Positions 23,835-33,208 of a stretch of DNA of 64,000 bases are shown here, one piece after another. Below the pieces are notes generated by a model. The model was not told the DNA's origin. It did no database searches and worked only from the letters and a program-made list of their open reading frames with translations. Location of the stretch: contig JADLHC010000085.1 in assembly GCA_020849035.1 (NCBI GenBank), positions 11,053 through 75,052 of the forward strand, written 5' to 3'. Source of the DNA: Planctomycetia bacterium. Its GTDB lineage: Bacteria > Planctomycetota > MHYJ01 > WSZJ01. Within the stretch, counting starts at the first letter, position 1. Each line of letters opens with the position of its first letter. The position numbers were made by a program, and so were the translations under genes.

Positions 23835-25079
23835 CTACCGCTTCAACTCCGCGTCCCCTTTCGCAGCCGCGTCGGTCGACGGAGCGTCGCTCCCCTTCGG
23901 TCCCCCGCCCGCAGGACCGGGGCGGGGCTGCGGCGGCGGCGACACCGGCGGGTGCGGCGCCGCCGCGTCCGACGGCCGGCGCCCGCCGTCCCGACGCCGC
24001 CCGCCACGCTGGTCCACCGCGGGAGGCGGCGACGGCGACGCTCCCACCGACGGCACCTGCGACTGTCCCTTCAGCTGCCCGAAAATCATCCGCCCCGCGC
24101 TCGTCTGGATCACGCTCGTGACGCTGATCGGCACCGTTTCGCCGAGGCGGTTGTACCCGCCCTCGACCACAACCATCGTCCCGTCGTCGAGATAGCCGAC
24201 ACCCTGTCCGTGCCCCTCGCCCGGCTTCTGGATCCTCACCTCCAGCATCTCTCCAGGCAGGATCACCGGGCGCATCGCCAGCGCCAGATCGTTGAGGTTC
24301 ACCACGTCCACGCCCTGCAGCTGCGCGATCTTGTTCAGGTTGAAGTCGTTCGTCACCACGCGCGCGTCCAGGAACTTCGCCAGCGCCACCAGCTTGCCGT
24401 CCACTCCCTCCGCCGCCGGCGGCGTCCCCTCGTAGATCTCGATCGCCGTTCCCTTCGCATTCTGGATCCGGTTCAGCACGTCCAGCCCGCGCCGCCCCCG
24501 GTTCCGCTTCAGCTTGTCCTGCGAGTCCGCCACCTGCTGGAGCTCCGTGAGCACGAATCGCGGGAGGATGACGCGCGTGGCGATGAGCTTCATGTCCATA
24601 ACGTCCGCAATGCGCCCGTCGATGATCACGCTGGTGTCCAGGATGAGCGGCTTGGGACCCGTCTCTTCCTTCTTGAGCTCCACGAACGGGATGACGAACT
24701 TGAAGTCGTCCTTGGACTGGAGGATCCCGACGACCGCAAGGTAGATGAAGACGGCCATGCAGGCGTACTGGACCCACTCGCGGAACCAGGGCTCGGCCTC
24801 GTTGACGGCGGGGAGGAGGAAGAGGGTGGTCGTGAAGAGATAGGACGCGATGAAGCCGAAGATGACGCCGAAGAGGACGGTGGAGATGAGGGCGACGAAG
24901 CGGCGCGTGAAATGGACTTCGATGACGATGAAGATGGAGGCGAAGAGGAGTCCCGCGAGGGATCCCCACCACCACTGGGGGGTGTCGTTGGGGTAGGACT
25001 GGTGCCACCAGGCGGTGGCGAGTCGGGCGCCCAGGAAGGCGAGGAGGACGGCGAAGGTCCCGCGGAGGCCCCAGATCAT
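23835..25079 (-). CDS. membrane-anchored PIN/TRAM domain protein (YacL-like)
   Basis: N-terminal TM helices. PIN-like segment LILDTSVIIDGRIADV...VILPRFVLTELQQVADS...VVTNDFNLNKIAQLQGV. TRAM-like segment GEMLEVRIQKPGEGHGQGVGYLDDGTMVVVEGG. Pro-rich tail. Confidence 0.85.
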   Translation of the reverse strand: MIWGLRGTFAVLLAFLGARLATAWWHQSYPNDTPQWWWGSLAGLLFASIFIVIEVHFTRRFVALISTVLFGVIFGFIASYLFTTTLFLLPAVNEAEPWFREWVQYACMAVFIYLAVVGILQSKDDFKFVIPFVELKKEETGPKPLILDTSVIIDGRIADVMDMKLIATRVILPRFVLTELQQVADSQDKLKRNRGRRGLDVLNRIQNAKGTAIEIYEGTPPAAEGVDGKLVALAKFLDARVVTNDFNLNKIAQLQGVDVVNLNDLALAMRPVILPGEMLEVRIQKPGEGHGQGVGYLDDGTMVVVEGGYNRLGETVPISVTSVIQTSAGRMIFGQLKGQSQVPSVGASPSPPPAVDQRGGRRRDGGRRPSDAAAPHPPVSPPPQPRPGPAGGGPKGSDAPSTDAAAKGDAELKR

Positions 25080-25147
25080 TGTGCCGGGAGATTAGCACGG
25101 GGGGGCGGGGCGGAGAAGGGCCCGCGCCGTTCGAAATTGCGCGCGGG

Positions 25148-25175
25148 TTGACAAGCCGTGCGCGCCCGCTATGAT
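25148..25175 (+). promoter_or_regulatory. sigma-70-like promoter for rpmB
   Basis: TTGACA (25148-25153), a 16-nt spacer, then TATGAT (25170-25175), about 25 nt upstream of the rpmB ATG. Confidence 0.5.
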
Positions 25176-25200
25176 GCCCCGCTCTTTCGGAGACCCAGCC

Positions 25201-25452
25201 ATGCCCCAGATGTGTTCGCTGTGCGGCGCGAAGCCGGTGATGGGAAACCAGATCGTCCAGCGCGGGAAGGCGAAGCGCGAGGGCGGCGTCGGCAAGAAGA
25301 CGACGGGAATTTCGCGGCGGTTCTTCCGCCCGAACCTGCAACGGGTCCGCGCAATGGTGGACGGAAAGGCGACGCGGATCTGGGCCTGCACGCGGTGCAT
25401 CCGCGCCGGGAAGGTCGCGAAGCCCTCGAAGGCGTGGAACGTGAACGCCTAG
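25201..25452 (+). CDS. rpmB: 50S ribosomal protein L28 (Cys-containing, zinc-ribbon type)
   Basis: MPQMCSLCGAKPVMGNQIVQRG...SRRFFRPNLQRVRAMVDGKATRIWACTRCIRAGKV. GGAG lies 8 nt upstream of ATG 25201. An alternative ATG is at 25210. Confidence 0.9.
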   Translation: MPQMCSLCGAKPVMGNQIVQRGKAKREGGVGKKTTGISRRFFRPNLQRVRAMVDGKATRIWACTRCIRAGKVAKPSKAWNVNA

Positions 25453-25551
25453 CGGTTCGACACGCCAGATTCCGCGGGATGTCTCCTGCAAAGCCCGGCC
25501 CCGGAGTCAAAGCTGACGCACCGCAGGCAGGAAGGGCGCTGGAGACAGCCG

Positions 25552-25579
25552 AAAGAGCCCGCCGCTGGCGGGCTCTTTC
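25552..25579 (+). terminator. intrinsic-terminator-like hairpin after rpmB
   Basis: aaagagcccgcc-gctg-ggcgggctcttt (12-bp stem) is followed by cgtttg. Confidence 0.55.
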
Positions 25580-25613
25580 GTTTGCGCAGGGCGCGGCGCT
25601 CCGATCCTTCGCT

Positions 25614-25641
25614 TTCAAACGGCCGCCGGCGCGATTAGAAT
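25614..25641 (+). promoter_or_regulatory. candidate sigma-70-like promoter for the 25679 gene
   Basis: TTCAAA, a 16-nt spacer, then TAGAAT (25636-25641). This placement argues against the longer ORF start at 25640. Confidence 0.3.
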
Positions 25642-25678
25642 GTTCGCCCCACCCGACTGGAGCGCCTGCGGAGCGGAC

Positions 25679-27388
25679 ATGCCCGACCTGAAGGACATCA
25701 TTCTCGGCAACATCGCCGTGGAGCGCGGGCTCGTTCCGCGGGAGACCCTTCTGGACTTGCAGAGGCAACAGCGGGACTCCGGGCTTCCTCTGGGGCAGGT
25801 GATGCTGCGGGCGGGGGTGGTGAACGGGCCGAAGCTGATCGAGCTGATGAAGCTGGTCAGCGTGACGATCGAGCACCTGGATGGCGGACTGGAGGTCGGG
25901 GCGGATTCCGCGGACGCCTCGGGGCCGCCCGCGATCATGGTCGGAAGCGCGAACGAGCCGTCGAAACCGCCGACGCCCGAGGGGGCGATTCCCGTGGCTC
26001 CGGTGGTGGGGGGCGGCCCCGCGAGAACGGCGCCGCAGAAGCCCGCCGCGGCCGCGCAGGCCCCGGCGGGTCCCCGGTCGACATACAAGCCCCCCGCCGC
26101 TGCAGCTCCCGTCGAGTCGACCGGGACCAGGACCCCGGCCCCGATCCCCTCACCGTTCGAGACGACTCCGAGGCCCGCTCCTCCCCCCCAGCAGCCCAAG
26201 ACGGGTCGCTTCACGCGCCCCGCCGCGGCTGGGAAGCCGAAGACGGACGCGTTCGTTCTCGGACAGGTCGAGGCGCCGAAGCCGGCGGCGCCGCCGGCGA
26301 AACCGAAGACGGCACAGTTCATGCCTGCCGAGGCGCCGCCGCCGGCGAAACCGAAGACGGACCGCCTCGAGGCGGCACGGGCCGGCGGGAGGACGCCGTC
26401 GGAGGCGTTCCGGGTCGAGCTGGCGGCCAGGGAGAAGAAGAGCGACGTGCCTCAGGTGCAGGGAGCCTTCGGCGAGTCCGTGGCCGGTGCGATGGCGCCG
26501 AAGCAGGACAAGACGCGGCTGTACACGCCGGTCGACATTCCGAAGCCGACGCCGGCCGGGAAGCTGCCGCCGGAGGAGGTCGACGGGGCGAAGGCGGCCG
26601 GCAAGGAGATCTCGGTTCCTCCCGCCGCCCGGAACGTGGTCCCCGGCGTGTCCGAGGGAATGGTGACGCCCGCCGGCCGCCTCCCCTCCGGCATCGACGC
26701 GGAGTCCAGGCCGCTCGCCTCGCCGCTCGACGACTCGAAGATCCTTCCGCCTTCCGCACCGCCGTTCGAGATGCCTGCGGGCGCGGAGACTGCGAAGGGC
26801 CGCCCGAGCAGGCCCCCCAGCCCCGGCACGTCCAGGACCAGCCGTCCCCCGGTCACGGGACGCCCGAGCCGCCCGCCGGGCTCGGGCCCGATTCCCACCG
26901 CGCCGCAGGAGCCCGGCCACCGCATGCTCAAGCCTGACGACTCCGGCTTCATCGCGGAAAGCAGGCTCCCCGACTTCGAGGTCCGGGCGTCCGACTCCCC
27001 GGGCGGGAAACCCGTCGTCGTCCAGGGCCCGAACCCGCCCGCCCAGACCCCGCGGAAAGAGACGCGGAGGCTCGGCCCCGGCAAGGGTCCGGGGCGCCCC
27101 CTCCGCCGGGCGGATTCCCCCGGAGCCGCAGGGACCCAGCCGGTCGAGGCTGAGGCCGAGGCCGCGAAGACGGACGGGGAACAGGCGGAGGCGCCGCCGA
27201 AGCGATCGAAGAAGCTGCTCGTCTTCCTCCTCATCCTCCTGTTCCTCGTGCTCGGGGCGGGCGGGGCGCTCTTCTACCTCGGCAAGCTCTCGATCGAGGA
27301 TTTCAAGCACCTCAAGGACGGCTTCAAACAGGTCCCCGACACGCTGAAGGACGCGGACTACTGGAAGAAGCTGTTCCTGCCGAAATAG
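25679..27388 (+). CDS. MshEN-like N-terminal domain protein with a long Pro-rich low-complexity region and a C-terminal TM anchor
   Basis: ATG 25679 with GGAG 6 nt upstream. N-terminus DIILGNIAVERGLVPRETLLDLQRQQRDSGLPLGQVMLRAGVVNGPKLIELMKLV. About 450 aa are rich in P/A/K with repeated KPKT motifs. TM segment LLVFLLILLFLVLGAGGALFYL near the C-terminus. Confidence 0.75.
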   Translation: MPDLKDIILGNIAVERGLVPRETLLDLQRQQRDSGLPLGQVMLRAGVVNGPKLIELMKLVSVTIEHLDGGLEVGADSADASGPPAIMVGSANEPSKPPTPEGAIPVAPVVGGGPARTAPQKPAAAAQAPAGPRSTYKPPAAAAPVESTGTRTPAPIPSPFETTPRPAPPPQQPKTGRFTRPAAAGKPKTDAFVLGQVEAPKPAAPPAKPKTAQFMPAEAPPPAKPKTDRLEAARAGGRTPSEAFRVELAAREKKSDVPQVQGAFGESVAGAMAPKQDKTRLYTPVDIPKPTPAGKLPPEEVDGAKAAGKEISVPPAARNVVPGVSEGMVTPAGRLPSGIDAESRPLASPLDDSKILPPSAPPFEMPAGAETAKGRPSRPPSPGTSRTSRPPVTGRPSRPPGSGPIPTAPQEPGHRMLKPDDSGFIAESRLPDFEVRASDSPGGKPVVVQGPNPPAQTPRKETRRLGPGKGPGRPLRRADSPGAAGTQPVEAEAEAAKTDGEQAEAPPKRSKKLLVFLLILLFLVLGAGGALFYLGKLSIEDFKHLKDGFKQVPDTLKDADYWKKLFLPK

Positions 27389-27397
27389 GCCGCCGCG

Positions 27398-27826
27398 ATG
27401 AGCTCCTCGCTTGCGATCTTCTCGGGCCTCGGGCCGCTGGAATTCGCGGCGCTGGTGATCCTCGGCATCATGCTCTACGGAAAGAACCTGCCGGCGGTGG
27501 CGCGCACGCTCGGCCGGACGATCGGCGAGTTCCGGAAGCAGATGAAGTCGGTGGAGGAGCAGGTGCGTCGGGAGGCGTTCCAGGAAGAACTGCGCCAGGC
27601 GCGCGACGAGGAGGACCGGAAGGAGCGCGAGGAGATCGAGCGGCTGGAGAAGAGGCGGGCGCTGCAGCCGCCGTCGGCGCCCGTGAAGCCGATGGAACCC
27701 GCGGGTGCGCCGCCCGCGCCCGCGGCGCCGCCGCCGCCGGTCGCCGCGGGCGGGTCGCCGCCGGCGCCCGCCGCGGTGGAGCCGCCCGCCGCCGGACCCG
27801 CCGGACCGCCTTCACCGCTTCCGTGA
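27398..27826 (+). CDS. twin-arginine translocase TatA/TatB/TatE family subunit
   Basis: GLGPLEFAALVILGIMLYGKNLPAVARTLGRTIGEFRKQMKSVEEQ is the Tat TM plus amphipathic-helix signature. The 142-aa length suggests a TatB-like protein. Confidence 0.85.
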   Translation: MSSSLAIFSGLGPLEFAALVILGIMLYGKNLPAVARTLGRTIGEFRKQMKSVEEQVRREAFQEELRQARDEEDRKEREEIERLEKRRALQPPSAPVKPMEPAGAPPAPAAPPPPVAAGGSPPAPAAVEPPAAGPAGPPSPLP

Positions 27827-28387
27827 ACGCGCCTCGGAGCGCAGCCAGTTCCGGAGGAGTTCGATCCCGCACTCCGTGAGGTAGGACTCCGGGTGGAACT
27901 GCCAGCCCTCGAGGTCCCCACGCCGCATGCCCATCAGGACGCCGTCCGGAGTCCAGGCGGTGCGTTCGAATCCCGGCGGGATACGGGTCACCGCGAGCGA
28001 GTGGTAGCGGGCGGCCGGGAAGGGCGAGGGCATGCCGCGGAACGCGCCGGCGCCGGTGTGGATCACGGGCGAGGTCCGGCCGTGGACGGGGCGCGGCGCG
28101 CGGGCGACCCGCCCGCCGAACGCGTGCCCGAGGATCTGGTGCCCGAGGCACACGCCCAGGACGGGACGCTTCCCCGACACCGCGCGCGCGAGGGCCACCG
28201 CCCTCCCCGCCTCCGCGGGCCCGCACGGCCCCGGCGACAGCAGCACGCGGTCGCGCTTCAGCGCCTCCCCCGCCGTCGCCCGGTTGCTCCGCACGACCTC
28301 CACGCGGGCGCCCAGCGCCGACAGCGCCTGGAAAAGGTTCCACGCGAACGAGTCGAAGTTGTCGACGAGATAGACGGAGGGGCGCAT
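27812..28387 (-). CDS. glutamine amidotransferase of anthranilate/aminodeoxychorismate synthase
   Basis: YLVDNFDSFAWNLFQAL...LLSPGPCGP...PVLGVCLGHQILGHAFGG...GWQFHPES is class-I GATase TrpG/PabA-like. The 3' end overlaps the convergent tat gene by 15 nt. Confidence 0.9.
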   Translation of the reverse strand: MRPSVYLVDNFDSFAWNLFQALSALGARVEVVRSNRATAGEALKRDRVLLSPGPCGPAEAGRAVALARAVSGKRPVLGVCLGHQILGHAFGGRVARAPRPVHGRTSPVIHTGAGAFRGMPSPFPAARYHSLAVTRIPPGFERTAWTPDGVLMGMRRGDLEGWQFHPESYLTECGIELLRNWLRSEARSRKR

Positions 28388-28400
28388 CGGCCCCGCGAGG

Positions 28401-31400
28401 CTACCGCGGGACGCCGCGCGCTTCCAGCGCCTGCCGGCGCTGGCGCGCCACCCAGTACGGCGTCTCGCGCCCCATGCTCAGCGCCTCGGCCCTCAGGTAC
28501 CCGTTGAGCGCCTCCGTGTCCTTCCCCGCCAGCTCCGCGGCAATCGCCCCGTAGAACTCGACGAGCGCGGGCGCCGTGGGGATGAAGGAAACCGCGAAGG
28601 CGAGCTCCTGCTTTGAGGAAGAGCCGGTAACGAAGCGGGCGGCCTCGGTGAGCATGGCGTCCGCGTCGCCGGTGGCCACGCGGAGGAAGTCCGCGCGGGC
28701 CTTCTCGCGGTCGCCGCGGGCGAGGTTGAGGAAGCCGCGCTCGTACTCGAAGATCCCTGCGGCCCGCGGGAGCTTCTTCTCGGACGCGTCCAGCAGGCTC
28801 CCCGCCTCGTCGAGTTTCCCGAGCGTCGTGAGCGTCCGGGAGAGCTGCTGGACCGCCGGGATGCTGTAGAGCTCGTTCTCCCACCCGGCGAGCTGGCGGT
28901 AGACGGCGCAGGCGCCCTCGGGAGCGCCGCTCAGCCGCAGAAGGTCCGCCTTCAGCAGCATCAGCAGCCCGCGCGTCCCCACGTCGCCCTTCCCCGACGC
29001 CGCGTCGATCCAGCCATCCAGCAGCTTCACCGCCTCCATCGAGCGGCCCCCCGCCGCCATGGACCTCACCTGGATCTCCCTCGCGCGCCGCTTCAGGTCC
29101 TCCATCTCCGCCGAGGTCCCGTACTTCTGCATCGCCCGGGTGATCTCTTCCGAGTCGGGCAGCTTCCGGTTGCGCGCCTCGCGCTGCCGGGCAAGGAGGT
29201 CGTCCGCCAGGGCGACGCACTCGCCTGCGACGCGTTCGGCGTCGGCGTTCATTCCGCGGGCGTAGAACGACTCCATGAGGGCCCGGAAGAGCCGTGCGCA
29301 GTGGGCGTCGGGGCGTTCTGGGCACGCGCCCGTCTCCCGCAGCACGGCCGCGGCGAGCACCGAAGGCTCGACATCGTCGGCGCCGGGAAGCTGCAGGAGC
29401 TTGAACAGGTTGCCCAGCTTCTCCGTCGATTCTGCCGGCCGGTAGGCGTTCACCGTCTGGTGCCGGCTGGCGGTCAGGCCCGCCGTCACCGGCAGCACGT
29501 CCACGTAGTCCCGCGCGTTGTCCAACTGGGCCACCGCCACCGCCAGCGCCTGCCGCGCGGGCCACTCCGAGACCGGGGAGCGCGCGCCGCGGAGGAAGCG
29601 CGCCAGGCCGTCCGCGGACTGCTTCCACATCGCCGCGTCCTTCTGGATCCCGGCCAGCAGCCCGTCGCACAGCGCCGCCTTGTACACCGCCTCCCAGTCG
29701 AGGTCGATCGTCGGCGAGTCGGGGATGGCGAAGCGGTACTGCTCGCGTGCGGCCTCCCAGGACTGGGCTTCGAAGAGGCGGTCCCCGACGCCGACGCTGG
29801 AGCGGCGATAGGCGGCGGACTCGGTTTCGAGGGTGAGGCCGCCGACGCGGGCGGAACCGCCGGAGACGGTGAGGGAGACCTGGCGGTTGTCGCGCCTGAA
29901 GCCGGGCTCGGCGTCGAGGAGGGCGGCGACGGGGACGCCGGAGCCGCCGGCGCGGACCCAGAGTCCGTCGACGCGCCGCTCGATGAGCACGGGGACCCAT
30001 CGGCGGTCCGCGCGGACCGTGCCGCTGGAGACCTTGCGGCCCGCCGCGTCCTGCCGCGAAGCCTCGACCACGAGCGAGCTGCCCGACCTCGAGATGCGGA
30101 CGACGTATCCCTCGTCCGGTCGCGCGGGGTTCCCGAACATCTTCACGCTGACTGTCCCCGGGTGGGAGCGGTCGGCCAGGAGGTTGAAGAACAGCCGCAG
30201 GGAGCCGTCGTGGGCGCCGGTCGCCGTAAGGGTCCGCGGCGAGGTCCCGAAGACGCTCCAGGCCTCATCGCCGCCCTCCGTCGTGAGCGACCAGCCCTCG
30301 CCCGCCCACTCGACCGACCGCGGCTCGTAGAACGCGACGTTGGGCCGGACCTGGATCTCTGGCGCCGGCGTGACCGCCGCGCTCTTCCGGCGCGCGTCGC
30401 GGCCGAGCCTCAGGATCCCGAACAGCGTCACCGCCGCAGCGAACCCGACGAACCCGGCCGCCAGCAGCGCCCGGTGGCGCCTCGCCGACCGCATGACCTT
30501 CGAAATCGGCCCCGATCCCCGCGCCAGGACGCCTTCGCCGCTCCGGAATCGCCGCAGCTCGTCGGCAAGCTCGCGCGCGCTCTGGTACCGCCTCGCCGGG
30601 TCCTTCTCGAGACACTTCAGGCAGACCGGGTCCAGGTCCTTCGGCAACGCCGGCTTCTTCACCGACGGCGCAACCGGCTCCTCGTTCACGACCTTGATGA
30701 TCGTGTCGATGTCGTTCTCGCCGATGAGCGGCGGCTGCCCGCAGAGGCACTCGTAGAGCACCGCGCCCATCGCGTACACGTCGCTCCGCGCGTCCACCTG
30801 CCGCATCTCGCCCCGCGCCTGCTCCGGAGGCATGTAGTACGGCGTCCCCATCGCCGTCCCCGACTTCGTCAGGTCGCTTCCCGCCTTCCCCTGCTTCGCC
30901 AGCCCGAAGTCCGTCACCTTGCCGCGCCACTCCGTGTCCACGAGGATGTTCGCGGGCTTGAGGTCGCGGTGAACGATGCCCTCCCGGTGCGCGTGCTCGA
31001 CCGCGTCGGCCACCTGGATCATCAGGTCCACCGCGCGCTGCGGCGTCATGTCGCGCGAGTGGACCAGCGCCGAAAGCGGCTGCCCCACGACGTACTCCAT
31101 CACCAGGTAGTTGCGCCCCTCGTGTACCCCCATGTCGTAGATCGGCACGATCGCCGGATGCCGCAGCCGCGCCGTGGACTGGGCCTCGCGGAGGAAGCGC
31201 TCGACGGTCTCCGAGGAGGCGTGCTTGCCCTCGAGCAGCACCTTGACCGCGACGAGCCGGTTCAGCTTGGTGTCGCGGGCGCGGTAGACGACCCCCATCC
31301 CTCCGCGCGCGATCTCGCCGAGAACGTCATAGTGGCCGATGCGGGAGATCTGGGGAAAGTGCAGGTCGCTGGGGACGACGACGTCCTGGGGACCGAGCGC

Positions 31401-31616
31401 GACCGTCTTGGCGGCGGGGTCGACGGCGGGAAGGGTTCGCGGCGTGGGGGTGTCGCGGCCCTCGATGATGGCCCCTGGCCCGTACGCCTGGGGGATCAGC
31501 GTGGCACGGGACTCGTCGTCGAAGACCATGGTCCCGCAACGTGGGCACGACGACGAGACGGAGTTTCCCCCGTCGAACGTCGTTTCGCAGCGGTAACACC
31601 GCCGTTGTGCCGCCAT
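28401..31616 (-). CDS. Ser/Thr protein kinase with N-terminal zinc ribbon, one TM helix and a large C-terminal TPR-like region
   Basis: ATG 31616 with a GGAG SD. CYRCETTF...CPRCG. Kinase motifs GRGGMGVVYRA, VAVKVL, HRDLKPANILV, DFGLAK, YMPPEQ. TM segment LLAAGFVGFAAAVTLFGIL. Confidence 0.9.
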   Translation of the reverse strand: MAAQRRCYRCETTFDGGNSVSSSCPRCGTMVFDDESRATLIPQAYGPGAIIEGRDTPTPRTLPAVDPAAKTVALGPQDVVVPSDLHFPQISRIGHYDVLGEIARGGMGVVYRARDTKLNRLVAVKVLLEGKHASSETVERFLREAQSTARLRHPAIVPIYDMGVHEGRNYLVMEYVVGQPLSALVHSRDMTPQRAVDLMIQVADAVEHAHREGIVHRDLKPANILVDTEWRGKVTDFGLAKQGKAGSDLTKSGTAMGTPYYMPPEQARGEMRQVDARSDVYAMGAVLYECLCGQPPLIGENDIDTIIKVVNEEPVAPSVKKPALPKDLDPVCLKCLEKDPARRYQSARELADELRRFRSGEGVLARGSGPISKVMRSARRHRALLAAGFVGFAAAVTLFGILRLGRDARRKSAAVTPAPEIQVRPNVAFYEPRSVEWAGEGWSLTTEGGDEAWSVFGTSPRTLTATGAHDGSLRLFFNLLADRSHPGTVSVKMFGNPARPDEGYVVRISRSGSSLVVEASRQDAAGRKVSSGTVRADRRWVPVLIERRVDGLWVRAGGSGVPVAALLDAEPGFRRDNRQVSLTVSGGSARVGGLTLETESAAYRRSSVGVGDRLFEAQSWEAAREQYRFAIPDSPTIDLDWEAVYKAALCDGLLAGIQKDAAMWKQSADGLARFLRGARSPVSEWPARQALAVAVAQLDNARDYVDVLPVTAGLTASRHQTVNAYRPAESTEKLGNLFKLLQLPGADDVEPSVLAAAVLRETGACPERPDAHCARLFRALMESFYARGMNADAERVAGECVALADDLLARQREARNRKLPDSEEITRAMQKYGTSAEMEDLKRRAREIQVRSMAAGGRSMEAVKLLDGWIDAASGKGDVGTRGLLMLLKADLLRLSGAPEGACAVYRQLAGWENELYSIPAVQQLSRTLTTLGKLDEAGSLLDASEKKLPRAAGIFEYERGFLNLARGDREKARADFLRVATGDADAMLTEAARFVTGSSSKQELAFAVSFIPTAPALVEFYGAIAAELAGKDTEALNGYLRAEALSMGRETPYWVARQRRQALEARGVPR

Positions 31617-31683
31617 CCCGGTCTCCCCTGTGCCTCGGGCATCCTTACCTGTGGTACGACAAGCGAGGGCTCGCGTTGGCGGG

Positions 31684-31738
31684 TTTGCATGCAAATATCG
31701 TACGGAAGCGATATTGCGGCGAATTCGCGCGAATCGCG
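31684..31738. promoter_or_regulatory. cluster of palindromes upstream of the kinase gene
   Basis: TTTGCATGCAAA (31684-31695). AATATCG-N8-CGATATT (31694-31715). GCGAATTCGC (31719-31728) is followed by GCGAATCGC. Confidence 0.35.
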
Positions 31739-31811
31739 GGTTTCGCCGGGCGAGGGGGGACAGAACGCCGTCACCCGTGCACACGATGGGACAGTCGCGC
31801 GCAACCGCTTC

Positions 31812-32966
31812 CTACTCTGTCTGTCCCCCTGAACCCCCGTCCGGCGGCTGCGGACCGGGCAGCGGCAGCCCCTCCTCCTCCTCCGCCACCAGCAGCTTCC
31901 GCTCGATCTCGCGATACTCCGCCTCGCCGCGAATCGCGTCCAGATCCCCGTCCCGCTTCATCCAGAGACCGTTGTAAAAGCCCCCGTCCACCGCCCGCTT
32001 CAGCGCGGCAATCGCCTCTTTCTTCTTTCCCATCCGCGCGGAGCTGCACGCGAGATTGTAGTACACGGTTCCCTGGCGGCCGCCGGAGGTGGCGAGGGAC
32101 GCCTGGTACATCTCCACGGCCTTCTCGTACTGGTCTGTGCGCGACAGGAGCTCCGCAAGGTTCTGCTGGGCGAGCATCCGGAGCTGAACGGGACCGTCCT
32201 CGAGGTTCTCGCGGATCGACGCCTCCATCTTCAAGGCCGGCTCCTTCTGCCCGAGACGCCACAGCGCCCCGGCCGCGGCGCGGGCCGCGTCGCCTTCGCC
32301 GTCGGCGACGCGCAGGAGATCCTGCACGGCCTCCGTGTAGCCGATGTCGGCGAGGGCGTCGATGGCCATGATGCGGAAGCGGCCCATGTTGCTGGGGTCG
32401 TTCCTGAACTCGAAGCTGCTCCCGGCCATGCGCGCGAGCATCGGACCGATGTCCGGCCCGAGGGACTTCAGGGAGCGGAACTGCCCGGCGAAGAAGCCGG
32501 TGCTTCCGTCGGGCATGACCTCCGCGCGGAAGGCGGCCTCGATGTCCAGCTGCGTCATCTCGAAGAGGAGATCCTGGATGTCGGGAGCCGCCTGCGCGTC
32601 GGCGTCGCGCGCCGCTTCCAGCGCCGGGCGCACGGCGCGCCCGAGCTTGAGGAACGATCCGCGGACCTGGTCGCGGATCGTCGGGTCGTCGTGATTGATG
32701 AGCGGGACGAGCGGCCGGATGCTGTCGAGCGAGCCGATGCGGCAGAGGATCTCGACGGCCGATCGCTGGACGCGCGCGTCGCGGTCTTCGATGAGCTCCG
32801 TCACGCGCGGGATCGCCTTCTCCCCGAATTTCACGATCTCGTCGGCGGCATTCTCCCGATCGCTCAGGTAGCGGCTGCGCAGCTGCTCGATCTGCTCGTC
32901 GAGGGGATCGGCCGCCGCGGCGGAAGCCGCGAGGCAGAACAGCGTGGCGGCGGCAAGGAAGCGCAT
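31812..32966 (-). CDS. secreted HEAT-repeat / TPR protein
   Basis: ATG 32966 with GGAGGA 8 nt upstream. Signal peptide MRFLAAATLFCLAASAAAA. HEAT-like segment IPRVTELIEDRDARVQRSAVEILCRIG...LINHDDPTIRDQV. TPR-like C-terminus YYNLACSSARMGKKKEAIAALKRAV. Confidence 0.75.
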   Translation of the reverse strand: MRFLAAATLFCLAASAAAADPLDEQIEQLRSRYLSDRENAADEIVKFGEKAIPRVTELIEDRDARVQRSAVEILCRIGSLDSIRPLVPLINHDDPTIRDQVRGSFLKLGRAVRPALEAARDADAQAAPDIQDLLFEMTQLDIEAAFRAEVMPDGSTGFFAGQFRSLKSLGPDIGPMLARMAGSSFEFRNDPSNMGRFRIMAIDALADIGYTEAVQDLLRVADGEGDAARAAAGALWRLGQKEPALKMEASIRENLEDGPVQLRMLAQQNLAELLSRTDQYEKAVEMYQASLATSGGRQGTVYYNLACSSARMGKKKEAIAALKRAVDGGFYNGLWMKRDGDLDAIRGEAEYREIERKLLVAEEEEGLPLPGPQPPDGGSGGQTE

Positions 32967-33208
32967 GATCGGGTCCTCCGCGCTCGCCGGCCCCCACCGG
33001 CGAGTCATTGCGGGGATTCTAGCGGAACCGGGCCGCCCGGAGAAGAGGTGGCGGCGCGGCCCTGAAGCTCACTGGGTGCACGGCCGGTTCAGGTCCGCGC
33101 CGGTCGGGTCCCGCAGGAACGGCCCTGTGCCCAGGGTCCTTGCCCGCCTTGACGCCTGCCCCCGCGGGGAACTACGCTGGCGGGATTCCCGGGTCAGGAA
33201 TTCGCCGC

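Noticed and set aside
25640-25678. Longer start (25640) for the proline-rich protein
   Set aside because: That codon lies inside the putative -10 element (TAGAAT 25636-25641). ATG 25679 has a GGAG SD, and the MshEN-like homology starts right after it.
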